A stretch of 64,000 nt of DNA, from the IMG/VR virus record IMGVR_UViG_3300032138_000002, positions 32,001 through 96,000 of that record; one strand, 5' to 3'. The notes beneath the pieces are model-generated. The model had not been told where the DNA came from, did no database searches, and worked only from the letters and a program-made list of their open reading frames with translations. The stretch comes from a virus (taxonomy: Duplodnaviria > Caudoviricetes). The translations under genes and the position numbers were made by a program. Below are positions 18,443 through 28,533 of this stretch, piece by piece (position 1 is the stretch's first letter; each line of letters opens with the position of its first letter).

Positions 18443-18994
18443 TTAAGATTGGCCCGGGCCGAGGTGTCGAGCCCAGTCATATGCTAAAGTAAGTGTTACG
18501 GTGACCATCGCATCGCTTTCATAATTTAGTTCACCGAATTGGAAAGTTTGGATCCAAGGATTCCACAACTCCCAAGTTTCAATAACTTGATTTGGCATCC
18601 CGTTAAGGTCACCAATTTGTTGAAGTCGTACAATTTCACCGAGGGCGCGGACTGACTGTTCCTTTGATAGAGTAAACAATCCGTTACTATTAACGCCTAG
18701 GCGACGATTGGGATCTTGATAGCCGGCCTCATTAAGTGTGTCCATTAACATACCGGCGGTATCAGGCTCAATGGGATCGACCAAGGTAACTTGGATGTTT
18801 TGCCACTCAGTGCCACCTGGATACTTAAATGTGTGACCAAAATATTTATGAGTAGTGGTATTAACCTGGAGATTTGGCTTTCCAACGGACTTGACTGTAT
18901 AAGCAGGGATATCGCCCATGAGCAAGATCCATCTATGCTGCCTTTTAGGCTCTAAACTTGCCTGTGCCCAAAATTTGTCTGAATTTGATACCAT
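18443..18994 (-). CDS. tail tube protein (gp19-like)
   Basis: EPKRQHRW...KP...W..I.VTLVDP...WEL...FGELNY...TLAYDWA; directly after the sheath. Confidence 0.88.
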   Translation of the reverse strand: MVSNSDKFWAQASLEPKRQHRWILLMGDIPAYTVKSVGKPNLQVNTTTHKYFGHTFKYPGGTEWQNIQVTLVDPIEPDTAGMLMDTLNEAGYQDPNRRLGVNSNGLFTLSKEQSVRALGEIVRLQQIGDLNGMPNQVIETWELWNPWIQTFQFGELNYESDAMVTVTLTLAYDWARHLGPGQS

Positions 18995-19017
18995 TTATTT
19001 AAATCTCCTGTGTGTAA

Positions 19018-19024
19018 TAAATAG
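19018..19024 (-). promoter_or_regulatory. late-promoter motif CTATTTA (tail tube)
   Basis: Intergenic, upstream of the AGGAG RBS. Confidence 0.7.
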
Positions 19025-19037
19025 ATGTCGATTAAAA

Positions 19038-22000
19038 TTAATCATCGAAGGATGCACCACTATCTGTAATAACAAAGTCGACCGCTACAAATTCAATGGC
19101 CTGTGCCGGTTTCAAGAATACCTTCGCATACATGATATTACGATCAATCATCTCCGGTGTAGTTGTAGTGTCATCTAAGATAACTTTATAGTCTGTGAGC
19201 CCCTGGCCAGCTTGAATGCCGCTCAGAAGCGATTCTGCCTTACCTTTGAACTTGGACCAAGTAGCTTGGACGTTTTGTTCGAAAAGCATCGTGGCAGAAA
19301 TACGGGAAATCTCTCTCTTGACAAGAAGCAATAGACGACGTACATTGATACGATCCAATGCGGATGTCGTCATCTGCAATGTCTTCTGCCCAAAGATTAC
19401 AATACCTTCCGCGGGGAAAGTCGCAATTGGATTGACATTTGCTTCATAAAGATTATCACGATCCCGAGAACTCAGTCGTGATTTTGTTGCTACCACCGGG
19501 AGGCCAGCGGCGCCTTGAGTAAGTCCACCGCGAGTAAATCCTGCGGGGGCAAACCAGGCGGCGCGTTTCTTCTCACTGGAAGAAATAGTTCCAAGAGCAA
19601 CAACCGAAGGAGGTACATTGACCAAGGCATTATTAATATTGTCTCGGATTTGTACCCATGGGAAGTAAGCGCATCCATAACTGGAGTTAAGGTTTCTCTC
19701 TTTAAGAGAATTAACCGCATTCTCGACGTTTGGTCGACGAGCGGCGGCGCTTGTTGTGCCAGCGGTCGTAGGAACATAGTCGTTCTCCAGATCAATAATC
19801 GCCAATGCATCGCCGCGGTCCTCACAGGCTTCAATAAGTCCTGCGGTGAGCCCGGGTGTATTGATACCTGGCATCAGCGCAAGGTTCATCTCTACACTTT
19901 CTGGATCGCGGATGGTGTCCACGCAACGCTTAATGGTGTTGAACGGGGAGCTTGTGCGCTCGTTAGCACCGTCGACGTTCGTAAGCGTGTTACGAAGAGG
20001 GTCTAACTCGGTAATATCGAAACCATCGAAACCGCCATGGAAGACAGTTGTGAAACGATTAAAGCGATAATTAGATCCAGTCAATAGTAGTGCATAATCG
20101 TTTATAGCACTAATCGAACGCTGAGCTAACGTACTATCTGCGCGGGAGCCTGATACGTATACCGCATCTTTAACGGTGCCGTCCGGGGAGGTAGACGCTG
20201 ACAGGTCATCAAGCGTAAATACCCACGAGGAGGACTGATAGGTGGCGTTTCCTACAGAAAGGTTACTAGAGATGCGTTTAATAACGTCTGAGACGCTCGC
20301 GTCATAAGTATTGTAGGAAGTGGGTCGACCTACTTTGGCGCCGAAATACGCCTGACGAGGTGACGTGTCACCATCACTTCCAGATTCGCGCAATCCGATG
20401 GTTGGGAAAATATAAGAAGCGGATAGAGAACTAGTCGCTTGTTGGGTAGCGGGGGCCAGAGCGGCATATGGGCTAAAATCACAACCTACAAATGGCTGGG
20501 GGCCTAAGGTGCCGGTAATAACTGCTGGAAGAATAAGCTGTGACGAATCTCCCGTGCCGGCTGTTTCCCCTTTAAGGGCGTAGTAGCCCTGCGCTGGGCC
20601 AACTCCACCGGTAATGAGTGAGGTCGTCTGATAGCGAGGAGGTCCGAATACACCGAAAGGCAAGAGACGAGCATCTGTTGCTGCATCTGCGACGTCTGTG
20701 TTCATTTCAACACGAATAAACTTTGAAACGTTGGGATAGTCCCCTTCGATACGATAACGCTTGTCCACATCATCCCAGGTATAGCTATAATCACCGATAA
20801 CTCGGGCAATATAATTTTCTGAGTTTGGATTAAGTGTAAGCCCTGTAAATCTCTCGAATACAACAGGTGCCTTATCGCTATCTTTAAGGGAACGTAAAAC
20901 GACAGAAAATGTTCCGTAGTCCGTAGTGTTGGTGGAAGACGGGCGGACGTCCTCAATGGAGATCTTTAGGTGGTTTTGAAGCCATTCACCATGGTTCAAC
21001 CCGTGAAGTTTGAACAACTGCTGCATTTTTTCCGCGTTGAAAGTGGTCCGATCACCTAAGTCTTGTCCAATAAACCAGCCTGTGCGGCCATCGCCAAAAC
21101 TAGATTGGTGGTTGGCCCATTCAAGATTGTCGTCCTGTGACGCAAGACCTAAAAGAACTCCATGTGTAATTTGCCCTTGACCACTAAGATAGGTATCATC
21201 ATAAAGACCTACGTTACTTTGATTGGGCTTGTTACCGGCACTACCCGTTTGGAGCATACAATCGAATGTTTCGCCCAGGAAATAAGACTTAGCTGATCCA
21301 ACTACTTGATCATTGACCAGTGTAGGATTTGTATTAAAGACTTTACGGATATAACGTGCAGAATTTCTATTTAAATTAAAGCGCACATTTTCGGCGGTTC
21401 CCGCTGCAATTGCGGCCTGTGTGCCGATGCTCATAATAAAGCCGCCACCACTTTGAGTCGCGATCATCTGAGCCTGGGAAGCTGTTGGGTGACCACTACC
21501 GATACCGCCCTGGTTACCCGAAAGGGCGAGCGTAATAACGGCTGTGGAGGCGCCCGAAGAAGCCGTGGTATAAAAAACAGCCGCCAAAGATCCAGACTGG
21601 GTTTCGAGAGCGGAACTCGAATTAAAGAGGAAAAGTCCGTATGCGCCGCCTCCCGTAGTTGGGCTAACTGTTCCAAAGTCAACGCCGTTCGGGGCATCAG
21701 CAGATGCTCCCCAACCGGCGCGACCGGCGGTAGTGCGTTCTGCATTTTCAGCGCCAAGTGTTCTCATAATAGTGCAAGGAGAGTTGTTTTTCAGCCATGC
21801 TTGTGCTGCGTATGCCGCGTATGTGGGGGAGGTATAATTCCCTTCTCGCCACACATCGCCACCTTGCCCGCCGGCGATTGGGTTACCAAATACCTGAATA
21901 AATTCAGAAAAAGACCGTACGGTGATGGGACGCATTGCTGGTCCTCTTTCGGTGCGTCCAATAATAACTGGACCGGGGGGTGTTGGGGCTCCGGGGAGCC

Positions 22001-22064
22001 CTGAGTTGTCGATCTCCTCTAATAGGATACCTGGCGAAACAAATTTAAATTTCTTCTCGGCCAT
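19038..22064 (-). CDS. tail sheath protein (gp18-like), about 1008 aa
   Basis: FVSPG..EEID, GRTERGP, WFAPAGFTRG, NPIATFP, GQKTLQ, DRINVRRL; start moved to MAEKK behind AAGGAG. Confidence 0.95.
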   Translation of the reverse strand: MAEKKFKFVSPGILLEEIDNSGLPGAPTPPGPVIIGRTERGPAMRPITVRSFSEFIQVFGNPIAGGQGGDVWREGNYTSPTYAAYAAQAWLKNNSPCTIMRTLGAENAERTTAGRAGWGASADAPNGVDFGTVSPTTGGGAYGLFLFNSSSALETQSGSLAAVFYTTASSGASTAVITLALSGNQGGIGSGHPTASQAQMIATQSGGGFIMSIGTQAAIAAGTAENVRFNLNRNSARYIRKVFNTNPTLVNDQVVGSAKSYFLGETFDCMLQTGSAGNKPNQSNVGLYDDTYLSGQGQITHGVLLGLASQDDNLEWANHQSSFGDGRTGWFIGQDLGDRTTFNAEKMQQLFKLHGLNHGEWLQNHLKISIEDVRPSSTNTTDYGTFSVVLRSLKDSDKAPVVFERFTGLTLNPNSENYIARVIGDYSYTWDDVDKRYRIEGDYPNVSKFIRVEMNTDVADAATDARLLPFGVFGPPRYQTTSLITGGVGPAQGYYALKGETAGTGDSSQLILPAVITGTLGPQPFVGCDFSPYAALAPATQQATSSLSASYIFPTIGLRESGSDGDTSPRQAYFGAKVGRPTSYNTYDASVSDVIKRISSNLSVGNATYQSSSWVFTLDDLSASTSPDGTVKDAVYVSGSRADSTLAQRSISAINDYALLLTGSNYRFNRFTTVFHGGFDGFDITELDPLRNTLTNVDGANERTSSPFNTIKRCVDTIRDPESVEMNLALMPGINTPGLTAGLIEACEDRGDALAIIDLENDYVPTTAGTTSAAARRPNVENAVNSLKERNLNSSYGCAYFPWVQIRDNINNALVNVPPSVVALGTISSSEKKRAAWFAPAGFTRGGLTQGAAGLPVVATKSRLSSRDRDNLYEANVNPIATFPAEGIVIFGQKTLQMTTSALDRINVRRLLLLVKREISRISATMLFEQNVQATWSKFKGKAESLLSGIQAGQGLTDYKVILDDTTTTPEMIDRNIMYAKVFLKPAQAIEFVAVDFVITDSGASFDD

Positions 22065-22098
22065 AGTTGCATATCTCCTTTGCAAAGTAATTCTTTAA

Positions 22099-22105
22099 TA
22101 AATAG
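22099..22105 (-). promoter_or_regulatory. late-promoter motif CTATTTA (sheath)
   Basis: Intergenic, about 35 nt upstream of the start. Confidence 0.7.
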
Positions 22106-22129
22106 TAGTACTTCACGGTAAAAGAACTT

Positions 22130-23011
22130 TTAGTCTCGATAAAATCCTCTTTTATCAATTTGGTCTGGTAGATCCTTCCCTATCACTCTTTCGCGGGGTA
22201 TTTTTACCTCGACTGCGTTCTCCCGAATTACGATCTTTGGCTTCTCTTGATTTTTGCCTTCTCCGATAACATATCCAAGTACTTTTATTTGTACCGTTGT
22301 TTGGTATGCGCGCTCGTCTTCACCCATCGAAGTAACATTATTTTTCTGAGTAAAGTTCTCCTGAACAAAAGATTCAAAGGTATGTTCGTCTTTTTCCAAA
22401 AGAAAATAATTGATACCGCCTGGTTTAGCAATAAAGGGTTCCACCATCTGATTCATTTGTTGTTGATATTGAGATGTCAAAAACACATTATAAGTAATGT
22501 CAACATAAACCGGCATTGGAATAGAAATAGTCTGATATACTACTTTAGAATTTTTTCCCGGGAAAGTGAGTTGGTGTCGACCTCCCTTGGCATAACGAAA
22601 GGTGTCAGCATCAGCAAAATTCTTAGTCTTCGTTTGGTTAATTCGTCTTGCCACAGTAATCGATCCGCCTTGTGCATCGTTTATAGGGGGGATGTTACCA
22701 AAGAATATTCCTTTGCGGGAAGGGCTTTTATTAACAGTCGCCCTCTCGATTGTAATACTCGGAAAAATAAGGGCGTCGCTATCGGTTCGTGAATGTTTGT
22801 TGAGTTTTATTTGAAAAGCTCTTTCTGCCGAGAGCCACATTACAGGAACTTTTCTGAACCCTTTATTGGTATCGCAGAAAATGTCAAAATTCCGGTCCAT
22901 ATGATCATAGAATGCTTCGTCAATAGTTTCTAGCGTTGAGGGGGAAATGAGCCTCTCTTCCAGAATACCGGGTTTGTCGACACCCGTATAGTTGTTATCA
23001 TCATTCGGCAT
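22130..23011 (-). CDS. tail terminator / sheath stabiliser (gp15-like)
   Basis: KVPV...ER, P.ITI.R, PVYVDITY, QQMNQMVE; lies between neck and sheath. Confidence 0.7.
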   Translation of the reverse strand: MPNDDNNYTGVDKPGILEERLISPSTLETIDEAFYDHMDRNFDIFCDTNKGFRKVPVMWLSAERAFQIKLNKHSRTDSDALIFPSITIERATVNKSPSRKGIFFGNIPPINDAQGGSITVARRINQTKTKNFADADTFRYAKGGRHQLTFPGKNSKVVYQTISIPMPVYVDITYNVFLTSQYQQQMNQMVEPFIAKPGGINYFLLEKDEHTFESFVQENFTQKNNVTSMGEDERAYQTTVQIKVLGYVIGEGKNQEKPKIVIRENAVEVKIPRERVIGKDLPDQIDKRGFYRD

Positions 23012-23498
23012 TAAAGAGCCCCTCTCTAGCATACACACATTTTGCACTTATTTCCATTTTATGATTGATCTGACCATAAATCTGCATTGGCTCATCAGTT
23101 GTTACAATTTCGTAGTGGTTATCACCATATTGAACAAAATCGCCTACTCGGACAAACAAGTCTTGGTCTTCCGTTAAGCGCCGTTTGTGGAAGTGGATTG
23201 TTAAACTCGTCCACTTGTCTACACCGACATTATCTTTGAATTTGGTCGGATTGCCATCCCAGTCGACCAAAGCATAAACGCGGATGGGGGGTAAAAATGT
23301 TTTATATATTGCTTCACCGTAGATGCGGTGAAAATTAGTATCTATATCACTAATAGGGTAATATAAAACCTGTTGCCCGATAACATCTTCGATCAGTTCA
23401 TCATTAACCTGTTTTATAAGATTTCTTTCTTTCTGCCCCACAAAAAGCGGTGGTGGGGGAGCGGCCGGCTGCGACCATTTATTTTTATCGTTCGACAT
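23001..23498 (-). CDS. neck protein (gp14-like)
   Basis: IGQQVLYY, IYGEA, VGDFV..G..YEI; synteny. Confidence 0.72.
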   Translation of the reverse strand: MSNDKNKWSQPAAPPPPLFVGQKERNLIKQVNDELIEDVIGQQVLYYPISDIDTNFHRIYGEAIYKTFLPPIRVYALVDWDGNPTKFKDNVGVDKWTSLTIHFHKRRLTEDQDLFVRVGDFVQYGDNHYEIVTTDEPMQIYGQINHKMEISAKCVYAREGLFNAE

Positions 23499-23502
23499 CT
23501 AC

Positions 23503-24822
23503 CTACCCCTGGAATATCGGCAGGGGCATGCGTTCTTGAACCTTCACAACCGCTTCTGACTTGACCGCGGCCTCTTGAGCCATCTTTGTATATGTCAGTT
23601 CGTCCAGAATGGCTTTGAGTTCATCACGTAAAGAAGTTTGCTCATCCTTTGCCTGACCTAATAGGGCGTCACCGTTTAAACTCAGATTGCTTCCGGGAAT
23701 TGGTATCTGTCCAAACTTACTCCGGATTTGACCCAACATCCCTTTACAGATAGAAAGGGCGAACCGGCGGATCCATTGTTTACCAATAGAATTGATTTCT
23801 TCATATTTAAGATTTTTAAATGGCAAGTTGTTCATATTATTGACGCCGTTTACGTTGTTAAGCCGATTGGCGTCTTCTTCCCATGGCTCGTTCTCATTTG
23901 AAATAACAAATTCAACCCACATTTTCTTGGGACCCACTGTCGTAGTTAAGGGGAAAATTCTCAATTTATTATTTTTCAATTCATAGGAATACTGTGAGTT
24001 GCGTGTGTATATTGCGTCTTCAAAGGCCGCGGCTTGGAGTTTATTTTGCCAGACAGGAACGATTTGAAATTGAGAATCATCAGCCCACTGGCCGTAGTTC
24101 TGTAGGTTTCCTACGGTGTTAAGCCCTCCATAGTATCCAAAAAACCTCCACATTGCTTGAGGGGTTTTATAATAAACTTTACGAATGAGCAATCGATTAT
24201 CGCCTACCTTATTATAATAAGGAAGTGTGCTATCAGAATCGGCACTAGAAGATATAATACTTTGAAGATCGTAATCTTGAACCGATGCCGTAGTATTAAA
24301 TGAGGCGGAATAAACTGTCTCATAGCCGTTTAGATTCACCTCATTAGAAGTTGCTTGTCCGTATTTTCTTTCGTAGGCAAATGTAATGTTTGGAAACTTC
24401 GCACCTACATTGGACCCCATATAGTTGTCGTCTCCGAGACTTAAGCTCGAAGAAAGGCTTCCTGATTTATATTCACCTTTGCTATCGAAACTTCCTGTCT
24501 GAGAGCCTAATAAATCTGACAACGAATTCTTAGATTGGTGAAGATTCATCAAATAAGAATATTCGAGAACTGCCTCTTCGTAGGCCGCATAAACCTGGTT
24601 TTCGGTGATCTCAATATCTAAAATCTCCCCACCCAATTTTTTATAAACATATGCAACCTGGTCTTGGGCTCCTGTAATAAAGTCCAAACTTCCAGTGTAC
24701 ATCCCGAAAACTATTCCGTTTTCGACTTGCGTGCCGCCGGTGGCTTGACCGACGAAGGTGCCGCTTGCAGGAAGCGTAATAGAGCTAGTAACGCTCGATG
24801 GGGATAAGTTGACTGTCGACAT
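23503..24822 (-). CDS. neck protein (gp13-like)
   Basis: KLGGEILDIEITE, WIRRFALSICK..LGQIRSKF..IP...LNGD. Confidence 0.85.
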   Translation of the reverse strand: MSTVNLSPSSVTSSITLPASGTFVGQATGGTQVENGIVFGMYTGSLDFITGAQDQVAYVYKKLGGEILDIEITENQVYAAYEEAVLEYSYLMNLHQSKNSLSDLLGSQTGSFDSKGEYKSGSLSSSLSLGDDNYMGSNVGAKFPNITFAYERKYGQATSNEVNLNGYETVYSASFNTTASVQDYDLQSIISSSADSDSTLPYYNKVGDNRLLIRKVYYKTPQAMWRFFGYYGGLNTVGNLQNYGQWADDSQFQIVPVWQNKLQAAAFEDAIYTRNSQYSYELKNNKLRIFPLTTTVGPKKMWVEFVISNENEPWEEDANRLNNVNGVNNMNNLPFKNLKYEEINSIGKQWIRRFALSICKGMLGQIRSKFGQIPIPGSNLSLNGDALLGQAKDEQTSLRDELKAILDELTYTKMAQEAAVKSEAVVKVQERMPLPIFQG

Positions 24823-24840
24823 ACATGTGTTCCTCTAGTG

Positions 24841-24847
24841 TAAATAG
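24841..24847 (-). promoter_or_regulatory. late-promoter motif CTATTTA (neck)
   Basis: Directly after a terminator, about 19 nt upstream of the start. Confidence 0.7.
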
Positions 24848-24854
24848 TTTTATC

Positions 24855-24893
24855 AAAAAGAAACCCCCCCTCTCACGAATGAAAAGGGGGGCC
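24855..24893 (-). terminator. intrinsic terminator
   Basis: CCCCCCTTTTCA-TTCG-TGAGAGGGGGG followed by TTTCTTTTT. Confidence 0.8.
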
Positions 24894-24924
24894 ATAATTA
24901 AGAAATTATTATTGAGAACCTAAC

Positions 24925-25380
24925 TTAGGCTATCGTTGGGGTGTCGTTAAGCCATCCCTTGACGTACCATTTGGCTCCATCGCACCAAAATGACAGACTA
25001 TCGCCTACGGCAGCATTAGCTAGTGTAATACTGTCTGCAGCGTTAACCGCTAAGCGGTCGACGGGCGAAGCTGTTGAGTCATTCGCGTTATCGTAGATAG
25101 CACCGTTGCCAGTACCAGTAGGGAAGTTGATAACATGAGCAAATGCGGTTTCAGCGAAAACCTCAAAGTACAATCCCGATTCAACAGCCGGCAATGTAAT
25201 AGTAGAAGCATTGCTCCCTCCCAGCACAATGAGTGCGCCGGATTGGGATGGTGTTAAAGTTTCCGATGCTCCAGCGCCACTTAAGGTGACGACTTGCATC
25301 GAAGTTCGCTGTGTAGTTACGCCGGTACCCATTGTCATACCGGACATCCTTCTCAATAAATTAACTGATCTTTTAGACAT
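24925..25380 (-). CDS. putative capsid decoration / head fibre protein
   Basis: TLTPSQSGA...TITLPA..GLYF pattern, directly after the MCP; start moved to MSKRS behind AGGAGG. Confidence 0.6.
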   Translation of the reverse strand: MSKRSVNLLRRMSGMTMGTGVTTQRTSMQVVTLSGAGASETLTPSQSGALIVLGGSNASTITLPAVESGLYFEVFAETAFAHVINFPTGTGNGAIYDNANDSTASPVDRLAVNAADSITLANAAVGDSLSFWCDGAKWYVKGWLNDTPTIA

Positions 25381-25450
25381 AATAAAAAACCCTCCTTTTG
25401 TTTGTTTCTTTAATTGAATGCATTCACAACCTGTAAAAGGGTGTGCATAG

Positions 25451-25457
25451 TAAATAG
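25451..25457 (-). promoter_or_regulatory. late-promoter motif CTATTTA (decoration gene)
   Basis: Directly after the MCP terminator. Confidence 0.7.
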
Positions 25458-25479
25458 GTCGCAGTACAATGTTTATCAC

Positions 25480-25518
25480 AAAAAAAAGGCCCCTCAAGGA
25501 CGAATCCATGAGGGGCCT
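25480..25518 (-). terminator. intrinsic terminator after the major capsid gene
   Basis: GGCCCCTCATGGA-TTCG-TCCTTGAGGGGCC followed by a T-run. Confidence 0.9.
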
Positions 25519-25547
25519 GCTCTTTGAGAAGCATATTAAGTTATTAC

Positions 25548-27362
25548 TTAGACAAGATCTTGAATAACAACAAGGCCGTACATATCAGGACGTACCATCT
25601 TCTTCGCGTAACGGGTCATTACACCCTTACGAGGAACAAAGTCCTCGACACCGAAGATAGTTGGGGTCACCTGAAGTGGTACATATGGAGCATAAACATA
25701 ACCGCTCTCAAGGAACGAGTTACCCTTACGTCCAACAAGGACCACATTACGGGGGAAGTACGGATCTACATGTACATCCCACTTCTTGCTAAGAGAACCA
25801 ACTCTTACAGCACCAACGGAACCGCGGTCGCCGTCACCAGTGACGTCGGCACGGAAGCCCGAAGTGAACTCAAGAATGCTAGCAACCTCTGGGGAGCAAA
25901 CAATGAAGTTTGCACCACCACGAAGTGTCTTGCGGTGGATACGTGCGGAGACGTCATTAACTGTCTCACACAGCGTTTCATACCATTCAGACACTGTACC
26001 GGTGAAGTCAGGAGCGACAGTGGTTGCTCCAATTTCTGCACCAGTCTCGCGGTTAACGAACTTGCCAGCAGCACGGGACCAGTAGAGAGTTCCACCAGTT
26101 GCGCCCTTAATGAGGTCCTCAAGGATCTCACGGTCGATCTCCAAAGCGATCTGCTCTGAGAGAATACCAGTAAGTTCAACCTCTGCGTCGAGGTTGTGAT
26201 AAGCGTTGAGGTCCTGGCCAAGCTCGGGGGTCCACTTTGCCTTCAGCTTCTTGGTCATCGCAGTAACGGATACCGAATCAACTTTAATGTCGATCTCTGG
26301 AATTTGAGCGCTATTCTCCAATCCCCAAGTATTAGTACCAACTACAGCACCAATCGCCTCGGCAGAGCCAGCAGCAGGTGTGCCAGCAAAGTTGTCGTCA
26401 ATTGGGAAACCAAGGACGAAATTGAGGCCACTAGCTGAAAGACACGACAGGAGGTTTGTGGTCGCCGCCGCGCCGTTGGACAGGACCTGAGAACCAGTAG
26501 CTTCCCAAACCATCTTAATCTTGAAGACCGCATTTCCGGCGTTAGCACCGGTCGAGCCGGTAGAAACCGTTGTCAGGCGTCGTACGAGACGCCCTGGTCC
26601 AGTACCTGCCTGACTCAGTGAGGAATTTTGGTCCACGTTGATTGCAACCATATCGCGGATATTCAACTGGGCGAGCCCAGCAGCACCGGTCAACTCAGTA
26701 ATAGCAACTTGAGAGCCAGAAAGATCTGGATCAAACTGACACAACCTGTCCAAGATATCTTGATTAGCTTGAGAGAGTGGGTAGTCTCCACCACCGCCGC
26801 CCACACCAACGGTACCGGAAGCGATGTGTCCCATTCCGCCGGCCCCGCGAGTGTCGCCCTGGAGGACGAAGGATGCGGTTGGGGATGCATAACCTTGATT
26901 AAGGTTATAGAAACTGTCACTAGCCGTATCGCCGGTGAGTGTTACACCACCAGTGATTTCCTGACCAACAACTCCACCACCATAAAGTGATTCATCGACA
27001 GACGCCCACAAACGTGGGGTAGCGCTATCGATTGTGAAATCGAGGAAGAATACGAGACCAGATGGAAGGCTCATTGGTTGAACACTAACAAGGTCATTCG
27101 CGATGAGGCTACCGAAAACACGGCGGACGAGAGGGAATGCTACTGCAGCAAATCCTTCTACATCACCCTGTGCCATGGTAGACGCTTCGCGGAGAAGCTC
27201 TTTAGCTTGGTTCTCAAGCAAGCGAGCCATACAGTTTTTGTGACTATCGTTACCGACACCTTCAAGAAGACCGGTCTTTTCCCATTTTGAAATGAGAGCA
27301 GCACCTTCCTTTTGTAAGTCGCGGTTAACGATGCCTTCAGTAAGTTTTTCTAAAACAGACAT
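25548..27362 (-). CDS. major capsid protein (gp23-like)
   Basis: LLENQ, PLVRR, VQPMSLPSGLVF, KLKAKWTPELGQDL.A.H, EIDREI, YAPYVPL, MTRYA. Confidence 0.97.
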   Translation of the reverse strand: MSVLEKLTEGIVNRDLQKEGAALISKWEKTGLLEGVGNDSHKNCMARLLENQAKELLREASTMAQGDVEGFAAVAFPLVRRVFGSLIANDLVSVQPMSLPSGLVFFLDFTIDSATPRLWASVDESLYGGGVVGQEITGGVTLTGDTASDSFYNLNQGYASPTASFVLQGDTRGAGGMGHIASGTVGVGGGGGDYPLSQANQDILDRLCQFDPDLSGSQVAITELTGAAGLAQLNIRDMVAINVDQNSSLSQAGTGPGRLVRRLTTVSTGSTGANAGNAVFKIKMVWEATGSQVLSNGAAATTNLLSCLSASGLNFVLGFPIDDNFAGTPAAGSAEAIGAVVGTNTWGLENSAQIPEIDIKVDSVSVTAMTKKLKAKWTPELGQDLNAYHNLDAEVELTGILSEQIALEIDREILEDLIKGATGGTLYWSRAAGKFVNRETGAEIGATTVAPDFTGTVSEWYETLCETVNDVSARIHRKTLRGGANFIVCSPEVASILEFTSGFRADVTGDGDRGSVGAVRVGSLSKKWDVHVDPYFPRNVVLVGRKGNSFLESGYVYAPYVPLQVTPTIFGVEDFVPRKGVMTRYAKKMVRPDMYGLVVIQDLV

Positions 27363-27386
27363 TTTAATACTCCTTTTGTATATCGT

Positions 27387-28466
27387 TTAAGATTTGTTAA
27401 TCCCGGCTAAAGTTTTCCAGCGATTAGACACTGTATCTTTAACGGGTTTTTCCTCGCGACGAGGAATTGTTGTTGAAGGGCGGCTGACAGCCTCGCTCAG
27501 TGATTGTGGCTTCGATTTTGTTTCTTGGCCCACGGCGCTTTGAAGTGTGTCATAAATAACCTTTGTTTCTTCAACGGACGAAGTGCTGGATAAGGACTCG
27601 ACAATTTTTGATTTTTGTCGCTCATTCAAGGAGGTGCTACCCAAAACTTTGTTTGTGTAATAAAGCTGAGCGTTGGTTAAATTAACCTCTTCTAGCTTTA
27701 CTTTAATTTTTGATAACAAAGAGGTGAGATTATTATTGTTCTCAATAATTTCATCTTTCTTTGCTGTCAAAGTTTTAATTTGCTCTTCTAACTCAAGCTT
27801 CTCTGTGGAAGCGAGTTGAACAGCGTGTCTCAATTCTTCTGCATCATATGGATTGGTTTCGACTGCATCAGATCCGTCTTCCCACTCTGTAGCATCTACA
27901 GCAAGACGAGCTTTGAGCGCATCCTCTAAATATCTCTCGCGTGTTGTATTGGTGCCACCACCAGGGGTGCCACTCGGTACAGGATTTAGATTTAAAGTTA
28001 CCTTTTCCATAATTTGCGCAATCAGTTCTTCGGGAATATCCAAGTCAACGTCTTCTTGGAGAGAGAGGTTAAGATCTATCTCTTCCTCATCTTCTTCTTC
28101 GTCTTCGTCTTCGAGGCCGGCCTCAATTTCACCAGCTAAAGCCTCAGGGTCTTGCATTTGGTTATCCAGATCGGCTGCGATAGCGTCAAGGTCAATCGTA
28201 ACCTTACCACCTTCTTCAGGGCACGCACACAGATTTTCACCATCCGTATCTGCGCGGGGTACGTCAGCAAAGTCTGCTGCGACATCAACTTCAGCGTCGC
28301 CAATATCTGTCATGCCAGCTTCGTCTTCGGGTTGTTCAAGCAGGCTTTGTACGGCCGTTTTCACTTCCTCAGAATATTTTTCAATTATATTCTGTTCTGC
28401 ATTTTTAAGTGCAGCTTCGCGTAGAGCCTCTGCGTCGACGATGGCTTGTTCTAGCATTTTTGACAT
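27387..28466 (-). CDS. prohead scaffold/core protein (gp22-like)
   Basis: Acidic coiled coil directly upstream of the MCP with many L/I-x-E sites, ending RWKTLAGI; start moved to MSKML. Confidence 0.8.
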   Translation of the reverse strand: MSKMLEQAIVDAEALREAALKNAEQNIIEKYSEEVKTAVQSLLEQPEDEAGMTDIGDAEVDVAADFADVPRADTDGENLCACPEEGGKVTIDLDAIAADLDNQMQDPEALAGEIEAGLEDEDEEEDEEEIDLNLSLQEDVDLDIPEELIAQIMEKVTLNLNPVPSGTPGGGTNTTRERYLEDALKARLAVDATEWEDGSDAVETNPYDAEELRHAVQLASTEKLELEEQIKTLTAKKDEIIENNNNLTSLLSKIKVKLEEVNLTNAQLYYTNKVLGSTSLNERQKSKIVESLSSTSSVEETKVIYDTLQSAVGQETKSKPQSLSEAVSRPSTTIPRREEKPVKDTVSNRWKTLAGINKS

Positions 28467-28500
28467 GTCACATTCTCCATAAACTGATTGCAATCAAAGA

Positions 28501-28507
28501 TAAATAG
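28501..28507 (-). promoter_or_regulatory. late-promoter motif CTATTTA (scaffold-MCP)
   Basis: Intergenic, about 35 nt upstream of the start. Confidence 0.7.
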
Positions 28508-28533
28508 TCATTATTAAAGTAAAACACCCATTC

